51,249 bases of DNA from Promethearchaeota archaeon Loki_b31 (GTDB taxonomy: Archaea; Asgardarchaeota; Lokiarchaeia; Sigyniarchaeales; SOKP01), in contig NJBI01000021.1 in assembly GCA_005222975.1 (NCBI GenBank), forward strand, positions 1 through 51,249, in the 5' to 3' direction. Under the pieces are notes generated by a model, which was not told the DNA's origin, did not search any database, and was given only the letters and a program-made list of their open reading frames with translations. Within the stretch, counting starts at the first letter, position 1, and the number at the start of each line of letters is the position of its first letter. The position numbers were made by a program, and so were the translations under genes. Of the stretch, positions 7,894-17,036 are shown one piece after another.

Positions 7894-10429
7894 TTTTAAT
7901 ATCCTCCTTTAATAAATTATAGAATTTAGTAGAGATGTCAGCAAAAATCTGTCCTTCTACTCCATTTACACCCATCACTATTATCCGTCTGCTTAACTTT
8001 GGTCCTAGAATCTTTTTTAAAAGCCCAACTCTTTTTTTTAATTTTTCAATCCCATCAATATATCTACAAGAATCCTTTCTACAGCCGATAATCATAACTC
8101 CATCAAACCCCATTTCAAAAGATTTATTAATGAATTCAGTATCAATACGTCCTGTACAAGGAACAGAGATGATAAAAATATTAGGCTGATATAACAATTT
8201 TTTTAATCCTGCATTGTCAGCGGCAGCGTAACCGCACGATTGGCAACAAAAAGCGATGATTTTTGGTTTTTTATTGAATTTTGAGAAAATTTCGATCGTT
8301 TTTAAAATCTTTTCTGATGTATTTATATTCATTTCAATGGCATTAGTAGGACAAACACTAACACACATACCACAAGCTTTACATTTAAACTTATCAACAG
8401 TAATTTTTTCGGAGTTTATGCTTATTGCATTGTAAGGGCAAAAATTAACGCAGAGGCTACACAATCCACATTTTTCTTCATTAATCTCTATTCCAGTATA
8501 TTCTGTTATTAAATAATCATTTGAAAGAAGTGATATTACTTTTAACGCTATGTTATTGGTGGTTGCAATAGTTGAGTGATAATTTAATGGCCCAAATATT
8601 GTTCCAACACCATAAATACCAGAAGCTAAAGTTTCTTCACTCATAAAACCGTAATCATTTAAAGTGAAGTCCATAATCTTTCTTAGAGATTTCAGATCCT
8701 TATTTGGAATTAATTTAAGATTTAAAACAATCAAATCACTCTGAAACTCAATAGAATCCGCAATTACATAGTTAATATTCTCTCTTGTCTCAATTAATAC
8801 TTTATTAGCGTAAAGAAATCTAGGATGAGTAGATTTTAGTATTATCTCGTCTTTTTCTTTTAGTTTACTTAAATCGTAAAAAACATTAACTTCACAATCA
8901 GGGTTCTTTACTTTAATAACATCCATATACTTTAGGGATAAAATATCCGAATATTCACATAGATAGTTTGAAGGTCCTACTTCTTGAATAATTGATATTG
9001 TTTTCACTGGTTTCCCATCAGACAATTTTACGATCTTTCCATCAGTTAGGCCTTCTGAACATAAAATTCGTTCAAATTCTGCCGAAGTTATGACATTATT
9101 TCGTGGATTATAATTATATTCTTTTAAATTTGAATAAAGATCTGAACCAATAGCTATAATTTTTGCGCCTACTTTAATTCTTAATTCCTTAGGCTTTTCT
9201 ATTAAATTTATTGCTTTATTTACACAAGCGCGTTCACACACTCCACATTCAAGGCAGTTATTAATATCTTCATCTTCAATAACTGGGACATAAGGATAAC
9301 AGTATTGAAAAGGAAAGTGAATTATTTTTCTATTTGTTAATCCAAATTCATATATATTAACTTTCTCTCGAGCACACACATCAATACATTGCTTACAACC
9401 TGTGCATTTAGTTTCATCAATATAGCGAGGTTTTTTAATTAAACCTATAGTAAAATTGCCAACTTCTCCCGATACACTTATTATTTCCGTATTTGTCAAG
9501 ATCTCGATTTTTTTTTCTTTTACAATTTCCCCAATTAATTCAGAGATGAAACAAGCAGAACAATCTCCCATTTTAGAAACCTTTTGCCATCTTGCTACTT
9601 TTCCACCTAATGTAGGAGACTTTTCAATTAAGTAACACTTGATACCTGCCCTTGATAAGTTTAACGCCATGTTCATACCCGCAATCCCTCCTCCAAGAAT
9701 AGCGCAACTTTTTTCAACTTCAACTCTTTTTATCTTAATTGGTTTTTGAAGACTTACTCGATTAACTGAGGCTTCTATAAGTAATTGCGCTTTTTTCAGA
9801 GTTAAAAGACTATCAATGTGCTTTTTACTTGAATAATGTACCCAACAACATTGTTCTCTTATATTTGCAATCTCAATATTTGCATTATCAATTATATTTT
9901 GAAAAAGACGTTCAAATATATGTTGATGTGTTTTAGGAGAACAAGCAGCGATAACAATTTTATTTACGAAGTTATCAGTAATCCAATTATTAATTTTATC
10001 TTGATTTTTTTCTTGACATAAATTATCAAGGATTTTAACTGAGACTACATTATTTATTTTACTTACATAGTTTTCTAAGGAGTTAATGTTAAGGACATTT
10101 GAAACTTCTGTATTACAATTACAAATAATAACACCTATTCTATTTATTTCGCTCCCTTTTGATTTTAAATATTCTATTTCCTCTCCGGATAAAATTCTTT
10201 TGTTTAATCCTAATATCCTTAAAATTCTTTTACCGTCATCAGTTAAATAATATGATTTTTTATCTTTACTTACTAAATTATTAAGCTTTTTTAAATGAAA
10301 ATTTAATTGTCCTGTTTGTTTTATACCTAACTTCACCATTAATTCGGTATATGGGATAAAACCCTCTTCTTCGAGTATGTATAAGAGTTTTCTTCTCATC
10401 GGATGGGCTAAAATTGAATAAATATCCAT
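7883..10429 (-). CDS. Fusion of ArsR-like winged HTH + HdrA-like flavoprotein + MvhD
   Basis: N-term LAHPMRRKLL...QLNFHLKKL...YYLTDDG (wHTH); HdrA motifs AACSPKTH, ANIREQCCWVH, GGGIAG, DCSAC, two ferredoxin pairs; MvhD motifs AFCCQSCGYAAAD, VPCTGRID, DGVMIIGC...C. Confidence 0.9.
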   Translation of the reverse strand: MDIYSILAHPMRRKLLYILEEEGFIPYTELMVKLGIKQTGQLNFHLKKLNNLVSKDKKSYYLTDDGKRILRILGLNKRILSGEEIEYLKSKGSEINRIGVIICNCNTEVSNVLNINSLENYVSKINNVVSVKILDNLCQEKNQDKINNWITDNFVNKIVIAACSPKTHQHIFERLFQNIIDNANIEIANIREQCCWVHYSSKKHIDSLLTLKKAQLLIEASVNRVSLQKPIKIKRVEVEKSCAILGGGIAGMNMALNLSRAGIKCYLIEKSPTLGGKVARWQKVSKMGDCSACFISELIGEIVKEKKIEILTNTEIISVSGEVGNFTIGLIKKPRYIDETKCTGCKQCIDVCAREKVNIYEFGLTNRKIIHFPFQYCYPYVPVIEDEDINNCLECGVCERACVNKAINLIEKPKELRIKVGAKIIAIGSDLYSNLKEYNYNPRNNVITSAEFERILCSEGLTDGKIVKLSDGKPVKTISIIQEVGPSNYLCEYSDILSLKYMDVIKVKNPDCEVNVFYDLSKLKEKDEIILKSTHPRFLYANKVLIETRENINYVIADSIEFQSDLIVLNLKLIPNKDLKSLRKIMDFTLNDYGFMSEETLASGIYGVGTIFGPLNYHSTIATTNNIALKVISLLSNDYLITEYTGIEINEEKCGLCSLCVNFCPYNAISINSEKITVDKFKCKACGMCVSVCPTNAIEMNINTSEKILKTIEIFSKFNKKPKIIAFCCQSCGYAAADNAGLKKLLYQPNIFIISVPCTGRIDTEFINKSFEMGFDGVMIIGCRKDSCRYIDGIEKLKKRVGLLKKILGPKLSRRIIVMGVNGVEGQIFADISTKFYNLLKEDIKSEA

Positions 10430-10468
10430 TTTTGAGCTTTCCTATTGAATTTTTATTCTAAATTTATT

Positions 10469-10536
10469 TTGTTAAAAACTTTTTTTTGACAAATTATTTT
10501 TTCTTCATGATAATATATGTTGTAAAAATATATAAA
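10469..10536 (-). promoter_or_regulatory. Putative TATA box (10529-10536) and downstream imperfect palindrome TTGTTAA-N10-TTGACAA (10469-10492) for the wHTH-HdrA operon
   Basis: Minus-strand TTTATATA about 100 nt upstream of ATG 10429; inverted heptamer pair lies between the TATA box and the start. Confidence 0.5.
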
Positions 10537-10608
10537 TGTGTTAGAACTTGATCATGTGACCCACGAATTTCATAAATAAAAATAACGATTTTCAATTAAC
10601 TAAAAAAA

Positions 10609-10696
10609 TTGTTTAGATAAAAATTTTGACAATATTCCTTATCAATATGTTAAAAAATTATCTTGTCAAATTCTTTATATTTTAAGCTTATGACAA
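10609..10696 (+). promoter_or_regulatory. Promoter with repeated TTGACAA/TT(G/A)TCAA heptamers around TATA box 10674-10680
   Basis: Heptamers at 10609, 10626, 10639, 10663, 10690; TTTATAT follows TTGTCAAATTC. Confidence 0.55.
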
Positions 10697-10751
10697 TTCA
10701 ATTAGGTAAATACTTTTTTAAAAAGTTGAAATAAAAGAGGTGTATTATTAT

Positions 10752-11369
10752 ATGGAAGTTTTGGAATTGAAACCAGTAAAAAATAAAAAAATAATAGCGT
10801 ATATGTCCTCAAAAGAAAATGGCAGGTATTTTCAAAATAAAGATACATCAAAATTAACCGATTTTCTTAAAAAGAAAGATGTTAATTTTGTTACCGTAGA
10901 TTTTCAAGTAGATATGAAGGAATTTAAGAAAACACCTTTTGCACAAACATTAGATAAACTAGGAATACCTTATATTCAAGTAGATATTCCAGATTATGCA
11001 ATGGGATATCTTTACGAAGAAATTGTTGAAAAACAAGAACTTCAAAATGAATTATTTGAAGAATACGACAATATGAGCGATAAAGAATCTTTCAAAGGAC
11101 AAAGTCTAAAAAATTGGATCGACATGTTAAGCGAAGAAATTCAAGAAAAAGAGATTTTTTTAAGCTTAAAGCTAAGGCCACAGTGGATCGTAAAAAAAAT
11201 GTTAGATTTTGCAAATCATTTTGAAAATGAAGTTGTTTCTTTTGTACATTTTGTTCAAGAGGATATTTGCGAGGATATTTGCCCTCAAGTCGTAGCAAAT
11301 CTAAGAGATTTGGGAGTAAAAGTAATATCCTATACTAAAAAACATACAATTCAAAATATTATATTTTAA
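10752..11369 (+). CDS. Hypothetical protein, paralog of the 11394 and 15672 ORFs
   Basis: SD GAGGTG 10737-10742 favours ATG 10752; N-term MEVLELKPVK shared with next ORF; central helical segment shared with the 15672 ORF. Confidence 0.75.
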   Translation: MEVLELKPVKNKKIIAYMSSKENGRYFQNKDTSKLTDFLKKKDVNFVTVDFQVDMKEFKKTPFAQTLDKLGIPYIQVDIPDYAMGYLYEEIVEKQELQNELFEEYDNMSDKESFKGQSLKNWIDMLSEEIQEKEIFLSLKLRPQWIVKKMLDFANHFENEVVSFVHFVQEDICEDICPQVVANLRDLGVKVISYTKKHTIQNIIF

Positions 11370-11393
11370 ATAAAAAAAAGGAGTGAGAAAAAA

Positions 11394-12122
11394 ATGCCAG
11401 AAGTATTAGAATTAAAACCATTAAAAGATAAGCATCTAAAGCTTATCATGGTAGAAAGTGAGTTTCCAATAGATTGGTGGTTTGAAGTTCCTAAAGAAAA
11501 AAAGGAAGATTTGCTATGGTCTTTACATCTTATTAGCAAAGAATATCTTCAGCTCATTGATAATTTAATAGACAAATATTCACCTGATTTTGCTTTAGAA
11601 GAAAAACCTAATTTTTGGGATGACCCGTTAAACCCTAACGATCCTCTAAAAACCTTATTCAAAAAGAGGGGAATTCGGTTTAAACATGCTGATATCTCTG
11701 AAAATGCGGAATTTTATCTTTCTGCTGCATTGGATGAACACAGAAATATGCTACAAACACTTGAAGAGCGAATCAAAGAGATAATTACAGAAAAAGGTGG
11801 TGTTCCTTCCGAGGATGAACTTTTCCAACAATTAGTTATATGGAAGGAATATCTCAAAAAAGATTATGACTCACAAGAAGATGAAATTCGATATAAAGTT
11901 AGAGAGGCTTGGATGATGATGAATACTTTAAACCTTGCCAAGGAGATTAAAGGGAAAAAATTAAAGGGGTTATTTATTTGCGATTTAAGACACTTTGAAG
12001 GCCTTGATAAGTTAGCAAACGATTTAGGCATTGAAACAGAACAGATTAAAATCAAAAGAACTATTAAAACCGCAGAAATCGAAAAAGAGTATGAAGAAGT
12101 AGAAGTTGAGATATCTAAATAA
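11394..12122 (+). CDS. Hypothetical protein, possibly TraB/ChaN(EreA)-superfamily fold
   Basis: Intact 242-aa ORF with GGAG SD; PDFALEE, REAWM and GLFICDLRHFEGL resemble TraB-type motifs (weak). Confidence 0.6.
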   Translation: MPEVLELKPLKDKHLKLIMVESEFPIDWWFEVPKEKKEDLLWSLHLISKEYLQLIDNLIDKYSPDFALEEKPNFWDDPLNPNDPLKTLFKKRGIRFKHADISENAEFYLSAALDEHRNMLQTLEERIKEIITEKGGVPSEDELFQQLVIWKEYLKKDYDSQEDEIRYKVREAWMMMNTLNLAKEIKGKKLKGLFICDLRHFEGLDKLANDLGIETEQIKIKRTIKTAEIEKEYEEVEVEISK

Positions 12123-12175
12123 TTTTTTTTTAGTTATAATTTCTTTGAATTTTATAATTTAATAAATGATGTGAG

Positions 12176-13189
12176 ATGAGAAAAATTACTCAAAATAATG
12201 AAATTGGAAGTAAAATTGAAAGTATTCTTGGGAAAAAATCAATTATAGAATTAACGCCAATTAAAATAAAGAAAAAGGATACTTCAGATAAGATTTGTTA
12301 TTTTTTTGACACGGATGATAACGCTTCTCCGTTTGACATTAACATGGCTTACGACGCTGGTTTTGATATTGTTGTGCCAATAAGTAGAATGACTGCGGAT
12401 CAAGTTCCTAAACTTGTCCAGGATGCTATATTTTCACGTAAACCTAAAGCACCTACAGCATTTTTTATTGGGGGATCTAATGTAAAGGAAGGGGAAAAAA
12501 TCGCTAAGAAAGTTATTGAATCTTTAGTACATCCATTTGAATGTCCCGTAATAATAGATCCAAGGGGTTCTCATACTACTGCTTCTGCAGTTGTAGCTAA
12601 GACTTTATACGATGCTAAAAATATACATAAAATTAGTGATTTAAAAGGAGAAAAAGTCGTAATCTATGGGGCGGGTCCAGTTGCCAGAATTGCTGCCATA
12701 TTAGCAGCAAAAGAAGGGTTGAATACATTTTTAGTTGAAACTTGGGATAAATCGAACGAAGAATTTATAAAAAATCTTGCTAAAGAAGTAACCGAAGAAG
12801 CTGGGGAGAATGCAACCGAGATTAAAGGGATTTTTGCTCCTGAAAAAGAACAAAGATATGATGTTGCTAAAGATGCGCTTATTATCTGGTCTCTAGCTGC
12901 TGCTGGTGTTGAAATTTTATCAAGCGATCTAATGGAAAGGTTAGAAGGTAAGAAAATTGTAGTAGATATCAATTTAGTTCCCCCTTATGGAATCGAAGGA
13001 ATAAGACCAAAACACGATAATGAAGAAATATATCCAGGAATTTTTGGAATCGGAGCATTAGCATTAGGTCGTTTAAAAGCAAATTCGGAGGGAGAAATAT
13101 TAAAAGAAGCAACAAAAACTAAAGGTACAAAGGTATTTGATTATAAATATGCATTCGAAGTTGCTAAAAAATTGTTATCTAAGATGTAA
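12176..13189 (+). CDS. mtdB: NAD(P)-dependent methylene-H4MPT dehydrogenase (MtdA/MtdB family)
   Basis: SPFDINMAYDAGFD, QDAIFSR, FIGG, DPRGSHTTA, GAGPVAR, DINLVPPYGIEGI, GIGALALG. Confidence 0.85.
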   Translation: MRKITQNNEIGSKIESILGKKSIIELTPIKIKKKDTSDKICYFFDTDDNASPFDINMAYDAGFDIVVPISRMTADQVPKLVQDAIFSRKPKAPTAFFIGGSNVKEGEKIAKKVIESLVHPFECPVIIDPRGSHTTASAVVAKTLYDAKNIHKISDLKGEKVVIYGAGPVARIAAILAAKEGLNTFLVETWDKSNEEFIKNLAKEVTEEAGENATEIKGIFAPEKEQRYDVAKDALIIWSLAAAGVEILSSDLMERLEGKKIVVDINLVPPYGIEGIRPKHDNEEIYPGIFGIGALALGRLKANSEGEILKEATKTKGTKVFDYKYAFEVAKKLLSKM

Positions 13190-13243
13190 ATTCTTAAATT
13201 TTTAATTTTTTTTTATTGATTTATTAGTTTAGAGGGGAATAAA

Positions 13244-15517
13244 ATGGTCGAGAATATTGATGGGATTGTAAGTAAAGTAAGGATTAAAGATGCATTCAAA
13301 GAAGACGCAGGGAGAGGTATTGTAAGAATAGACCCCGAGATAGTTTCAAATTTAAATCTTAGGGTAGGTGATGTAATTAAAATCATCCATCCCGTAGTAA
13401 ATAAAAAAACTGTTGCTTCTTTGTCAACAGGAAAAAACGAAGATAAAGGAAAAAAGATTATTCGTATGGATCCCTCCCTAAGACGAAATTTAGGAGCCTC
13501 AATTGATGACCTTGTTGAAATTAAAAAAATCAGTGTAGATATTGCCAATACAATAACCTTTACTGGGTTAGATAATTCATTAATCCCGCGAGATCCTCAA
13601 GCCTTAGCTAGAAAATTAGAAAATAGGTCAATAACAAAAGGAGATAGCTTAAGCTTCTACGCTATGGCACGCAGAATTGACCTTGTAGTCGTTGATTACA
13701 CTCCTAATTCTGAAGCGGTTAAAATTCAACTTGATACAAAAATATTATTTAGTGAAAAATCAACTCAAGAAATTAACGAAATAAAAAAAAAAGAAATAAC
13801 CTATGAAGGAATTAGCGATTTAGAACAGAGATTACAAGAAATTCAGGGAAAAATAACATACGAGGATATAGGGGGTTTAGAGGATGCGATTCAAAAGATT
13901 AGAGAAATGATTGAACTACCTATTAGACACCCTGAACTTTTTGAAAGAATTGGAATTGATCCTCCAAAAGGAGTTCTACTCCATGGGGCTCCAGGTACAG
14001 GTAAAACATTACTAGCAAAAGCAGTAGCTTATGAGACTGATGCCTATTTTATAAATATCAGTGGACCTGAAATAATGAGCAAATTTTTTGGTCAAAGTGA
14101 AGAAAATCTTCGAAATAGATTTGAAGAAGCAAAAAATAACGCCCCCTCTATTATTTTTCTTGATGAATTAGATTCAATTGCTCATAAAAGGGATGAAAAT
14201 AAAGGTCAAGTAGAAGCAAGAGTTGTGGCTCAACTTTTATCTCTTATGGATGGTTTAGAAGGGAGAGGTGAAGTCATAGTCATTGGTGCGACGAATAAAG
14301 TAAATAATATTGATATAGCACTAAGAAGACCAGGGCGTTTTGACAGAGAAATTGAAATTAAAGTACCTGATACTAAAGGCCGCTATGAAGTTTTATTGAT
14401 CCATACTCGTGGAATGCCTTTAAATGAGGATATTGATCTAAATCTTATTGCTGAAAAAACCCATGGTTTTGTTGGTGCGGATATAAAATCTTTATGCAAA
14501 GAGGCAGCAATGCTTGCGATTAGGGAGATACTACCTAATATTGACTTAGATAAACCTATACCAGAAGAAATTTTAAATAAATTAATAATCAAAATGACAC
14601 ATTTTATTACAGCATTAAATAGTATTGAGCCATCTGCATTAAGAGAAGTATTCGTTACACAACCAATTGAAACTTGGGAAGATATTGGCGGATTAGAAGA
14701 CGCAAAGCAGCAATTAAGAGAAATTATTGAATGGCCATTTAAGTACTCGGGGTTCTATAAGCACATGAAATCGAGACCCCCTAATGGAATTTTAATATTT
14801 GGTCTTCCTGGGACTGGTAAGACATTAATGGCTAAAGCGCTTGCCCATGAAACCGAAGTAAATTTTATTTCAGTAAAGGGTCCTGAATTTTTATCAAAAT
14901 GGGTTGGTGAAAGTGCTAAAGCTGTAAGAGAAGTATTTCGAAAAGCAAGAACAGCTGCTCCTTGTATTATATTTTTTGACGAAATTGATGCTATCGCAGC
15001 AAGAAGATCAACATCCTCAAGTTCAAGGGTAATTGAACAAGTTGTAGCGCAATTTTTAACAGAAATGGATGGTTTAGAAGAATTAAAAGATGTTATTTTA
15101 ATAGCGGCTACAAATAGACCCGATATTCTCGATCCTGCCATTCTGCGTTCAGGAAGATTCGGAAGGCATATAGAAGTTCCATTACCAAATAAAACATCTC
15201 GAATTAAGATATTTAAAATACACCTCGCTAATCGTCCGATAGATAATAATATTGATATTGAAAAATTAGCAGAAAGGTTAGAAGGAAATACAGGAGCGGA
15301 TATAAAAGCAATCTGCGAAGAAGCCACACTTTTGGCCATTCGCAGAAGTGTTATTGACGATAATATAGATACCCAAGATCCTGATTCATATAAAAAGGTT
15401 AAAATTTCTCAAGCTGATTTTGAAAAAGCAATAGAAAAAGTACAATTAGGCGCTAATAAAGCTAAAAGGGCTTATAGAGAAACTATTAAAGAAACTGTCG
15501 AAGATATTTACAGATAA
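13244..15517 (+). CDS. cdc48: Cdc48/VAT-family AAA+ ATPase
   Basis: N domain ([10 protein letters not shown]), two AAA modules ([16 protein letters not shown]; [16 protein letters not shown]), [10 protein letters not shown]-terminal IYR. Confidence 0.95.
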   Translation: MVENIDGIVSKVRIKDAFKEDAGRGIVRIDPEIVSNLNLRVGDVIKIIHPVVNKKTVASLSTGKNEDKGKKIIRMDPSLRRNLGASIDDLVEIKKISVDIANTITFTGLDNSLIPRDPQALARKLENRSITKGDSLSFYAMARRIDLVVVDYTPNSEAVKIQLDTKILFSEKSTQEINEIKKKEITYEGISDLEQRLQEIQGKITYEDIGGLEDAIQKIREMIELPIRHPELFERIGIDPPKGVLLHGAPGTGKTLLAKAVAYETDAYFINISGPEIMSKFFGQSEENLRNRFEEAKNNAPSIIFLDELDSIAHKRDENKGQVEARVVAQLLSLMDGLEGRGEVIVIGATNKVNNIDIALRRPGRFDREIEIKVPDTKGRYEVLLIHTRGMPLNEDIDLNLIAEKTHGFVGADIKSLCKEAAMLAIREILPNIDLDKPIPEEILNKLIIKMTHFITALNSIEPSALREVFVTQPIETWEDIGGLEDAKQQLREIIEWPFKYSGFYKHMKSRPPNGILIFGLPGTGKTLMAKALAHETEVNFISVKGPEFLSKWVGESAKAVREVFRKARTAAPCIIFFDEIDAIAARRSTSSSSRVIEQVVAQFLTEMDGLEELKDVILIAATNRPDILDPAILRSGRFGRHIEVPLPNKTSRIKIFKIHLANRPIDNNIDIEKLAERLEGNTGADIKAICEEATLLAIRRSVIDDNIDTQDPDSYKKVKISQADFEKAIEKVQLGANKAKRAYRETIKETVEDIYR

Positions 15518-15534
15518 AAAAAAATTAATTAAAC

Positions 15535-15605
15535 TTGTCAATGAAATTTTTTGAAAAATAAAATTATTAATTTATCAAAAATTTTTCTTATCAAATTCTT
15601 TAAAT
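15535..15605 (+). promoter_or_regulatory. Promoter with the same heptamer architecture as 10609-10680
   Basis: TTGTCAA 15535, TTGAAAA 15551, TTATCAA 15572 and 15588, then ATTC and TTTAAAT (15599-15605). Confidence 0.5.
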
Positions 15606-15671
15606 TTATCGCTTAAGAGTATTTAATTAGAAGTTATAAAAAAATTAAATAAAAATTAAAAGGTGTACATA

Positions 15672-15923
15672 ATGGTGATAAGTTTGGTTAATGAAGTAAA
15701 TAGTTTTGAAGAAAAAATCGTTCTATCTTCTAAAAGTGAATTTATATCTGCATTTGCTCGAGGTTACTTTGAAGCGGAGATAATTGAAAAAGAAACACAA
15801 TTAAATGAATATTTAAATGCTTATAATGCTATTCGTGAGAAAGACTCATTTAATAGACAGTATATAGAAACTTTAATATATTTATTAAAATCTGAAATAA
15901 TGGGAATCCAAAAAATGTTTTAA
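15672..15923 (+). CDS. Small helical protein, truncated paralog of the 10752 ORF
   Basis: ARGYFEAEIIEKETQLNEYLNAYNAIREKDSF aligns with AMGYLYEEIVEKQELQNELFEEYDNMSDKESF; SD AGGTG 15661-15665. Confidence 0.75.
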   Translation: MVISLVNEVNSFEEKIVLSSKSEFISAFARGYFEAEIIEKETQLNEYLNAYNAIREKDSFNRQYIETLIYLLKSEIMGIQKMF

Positions 15924-16019
15924 GAGGATTCCCTTAATTTTTTTAATATAGTTGCCTATTTTAAGAAAATAAATTAAAAAAATAAGAATTTTTTAAAAAA
16001 TATATTTTAATAATAATAA

Positions 16020-16868
16020 TTAAGCTTCTTTTTCGTGGAGTTTTCTCTTGGTTAAAAGATGTTGCTTAGCATGATGAGGCGTTCTCAATACTGTATCGTT
16101 AGATTTTTCTATTTCTCTGGCTTGTGTGCATAATTCAGCAGCTGTTTTCATCATTTCGTGAGATGCAGCTAATAAAGGCATATATTCGGCTCTATCTTTT
16201 AAAACAAAGCACGCTCTTCCCGTAATCTTAGAAACTGAAGCTGCTAATTCGAAAGCTGCAATAGCTTTAGCTTGGGCGTAAGGATTTGAAAAACCTGCTG
16301 CCTCTGTAGCGTTAGTGGCTTTAATCTCAATCTGAGGTAAAATAGGAGCCTTCCCTTCTAACATATCCATTATAACTTTATTTAATTCGTTAGTTATTAT
16401 ATTAAAAACACCAGTAATCGCAAGAACTTTTAATAGATCTGCATTGAAACAACTCATCTCGACAGCGTCTAGAAATGGACGCCTTGCTCCAATCATTGAG
16501 TCACAGCCTACTATTATATATCCCATGTTTTTTTCTTTAAATTCTTCGATAGCCTTTTTTGCTGGAGCATCAGAGATTACAATCGTAGGAATAATTCCTG
16601 CTAATTCTCTTGCTGCTTTCGGTCCTTTTAACGCCGCATTTGGGCTGGACATTAAGATTAATTCCGGTTCAAATTCCAATAATTTTTTCATTGTTTCTAC
16701 GCATTCCTCTGAGGGGTTCATCTTCGCTCCCGAGGTAACTTCTCGCACAATTATATTAGTAGATTCTGCCCTTTCATCCATTAAAAAAGCAAGTAATAAC
16801 GAAGAACCAATTGTCCCGTTTTTTTGAATACCAATCTTTAAAACTTTTTCTTCACTCATTTTTGACAA
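16020..16868 (-). CDS. mtd: F420-dependent methylene-H4MPT dehydrogenase
   Basis: DERA, TSGAKM, SPNAALKGP, DSMIGARRPFLD..EM..FNADLLKVLA, FSNPYAQAKA, AREIEKSNDTVLRTPH. Confidence 0.93.
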   Translation of the reverse strand: MSKMSEEKVLKIGIQKNGTIGSSLLLAFLMDERAESTNIIVREVTSGAKMNPSEECVETMKKLLEFEPELILMSSPNAALKGPKAARELAGIIPTIVISDAPAKKAIEEFKEKNMGYIIVGCDSMIGARRPFLDAVEMSCFNADLLKVLAITGVFNIITNELNKVIMDMLEGKAPILPQIEIKATNATEAAGFSNPYAQAKAIAAFELAASVSKITGRACFVLKDRAEYMPLLAASHEMMKTAAELCTQAREIEKSNDTVLRTPHHAKQHLLTKRKLHEKEA

Positions 16869-17036
16869 CTTTAAATTTATTGAAAATCAAAAAGATTCTA
16901 TTATGAATTTCTTAAATTGATAATTAATTAAAATTTTTAGCTTTTTTTCTTAGAAATTTTATATATTATTGCGCTCTATTAAGATTTATAATAAATAGTA
17001 GGATTTAAATTACAAAATAGAAATGTTGATTAAAAA

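Noticed and set aside
5828-10429. Selenocysteine (UGA) recoding in hydrogenase/HdrA/MvhD genes, as known for some Lokiarchaeia
   Set aside because: All three ORFs are open, with Cys at the retained ligand positions; no in-frame TGA is needed.
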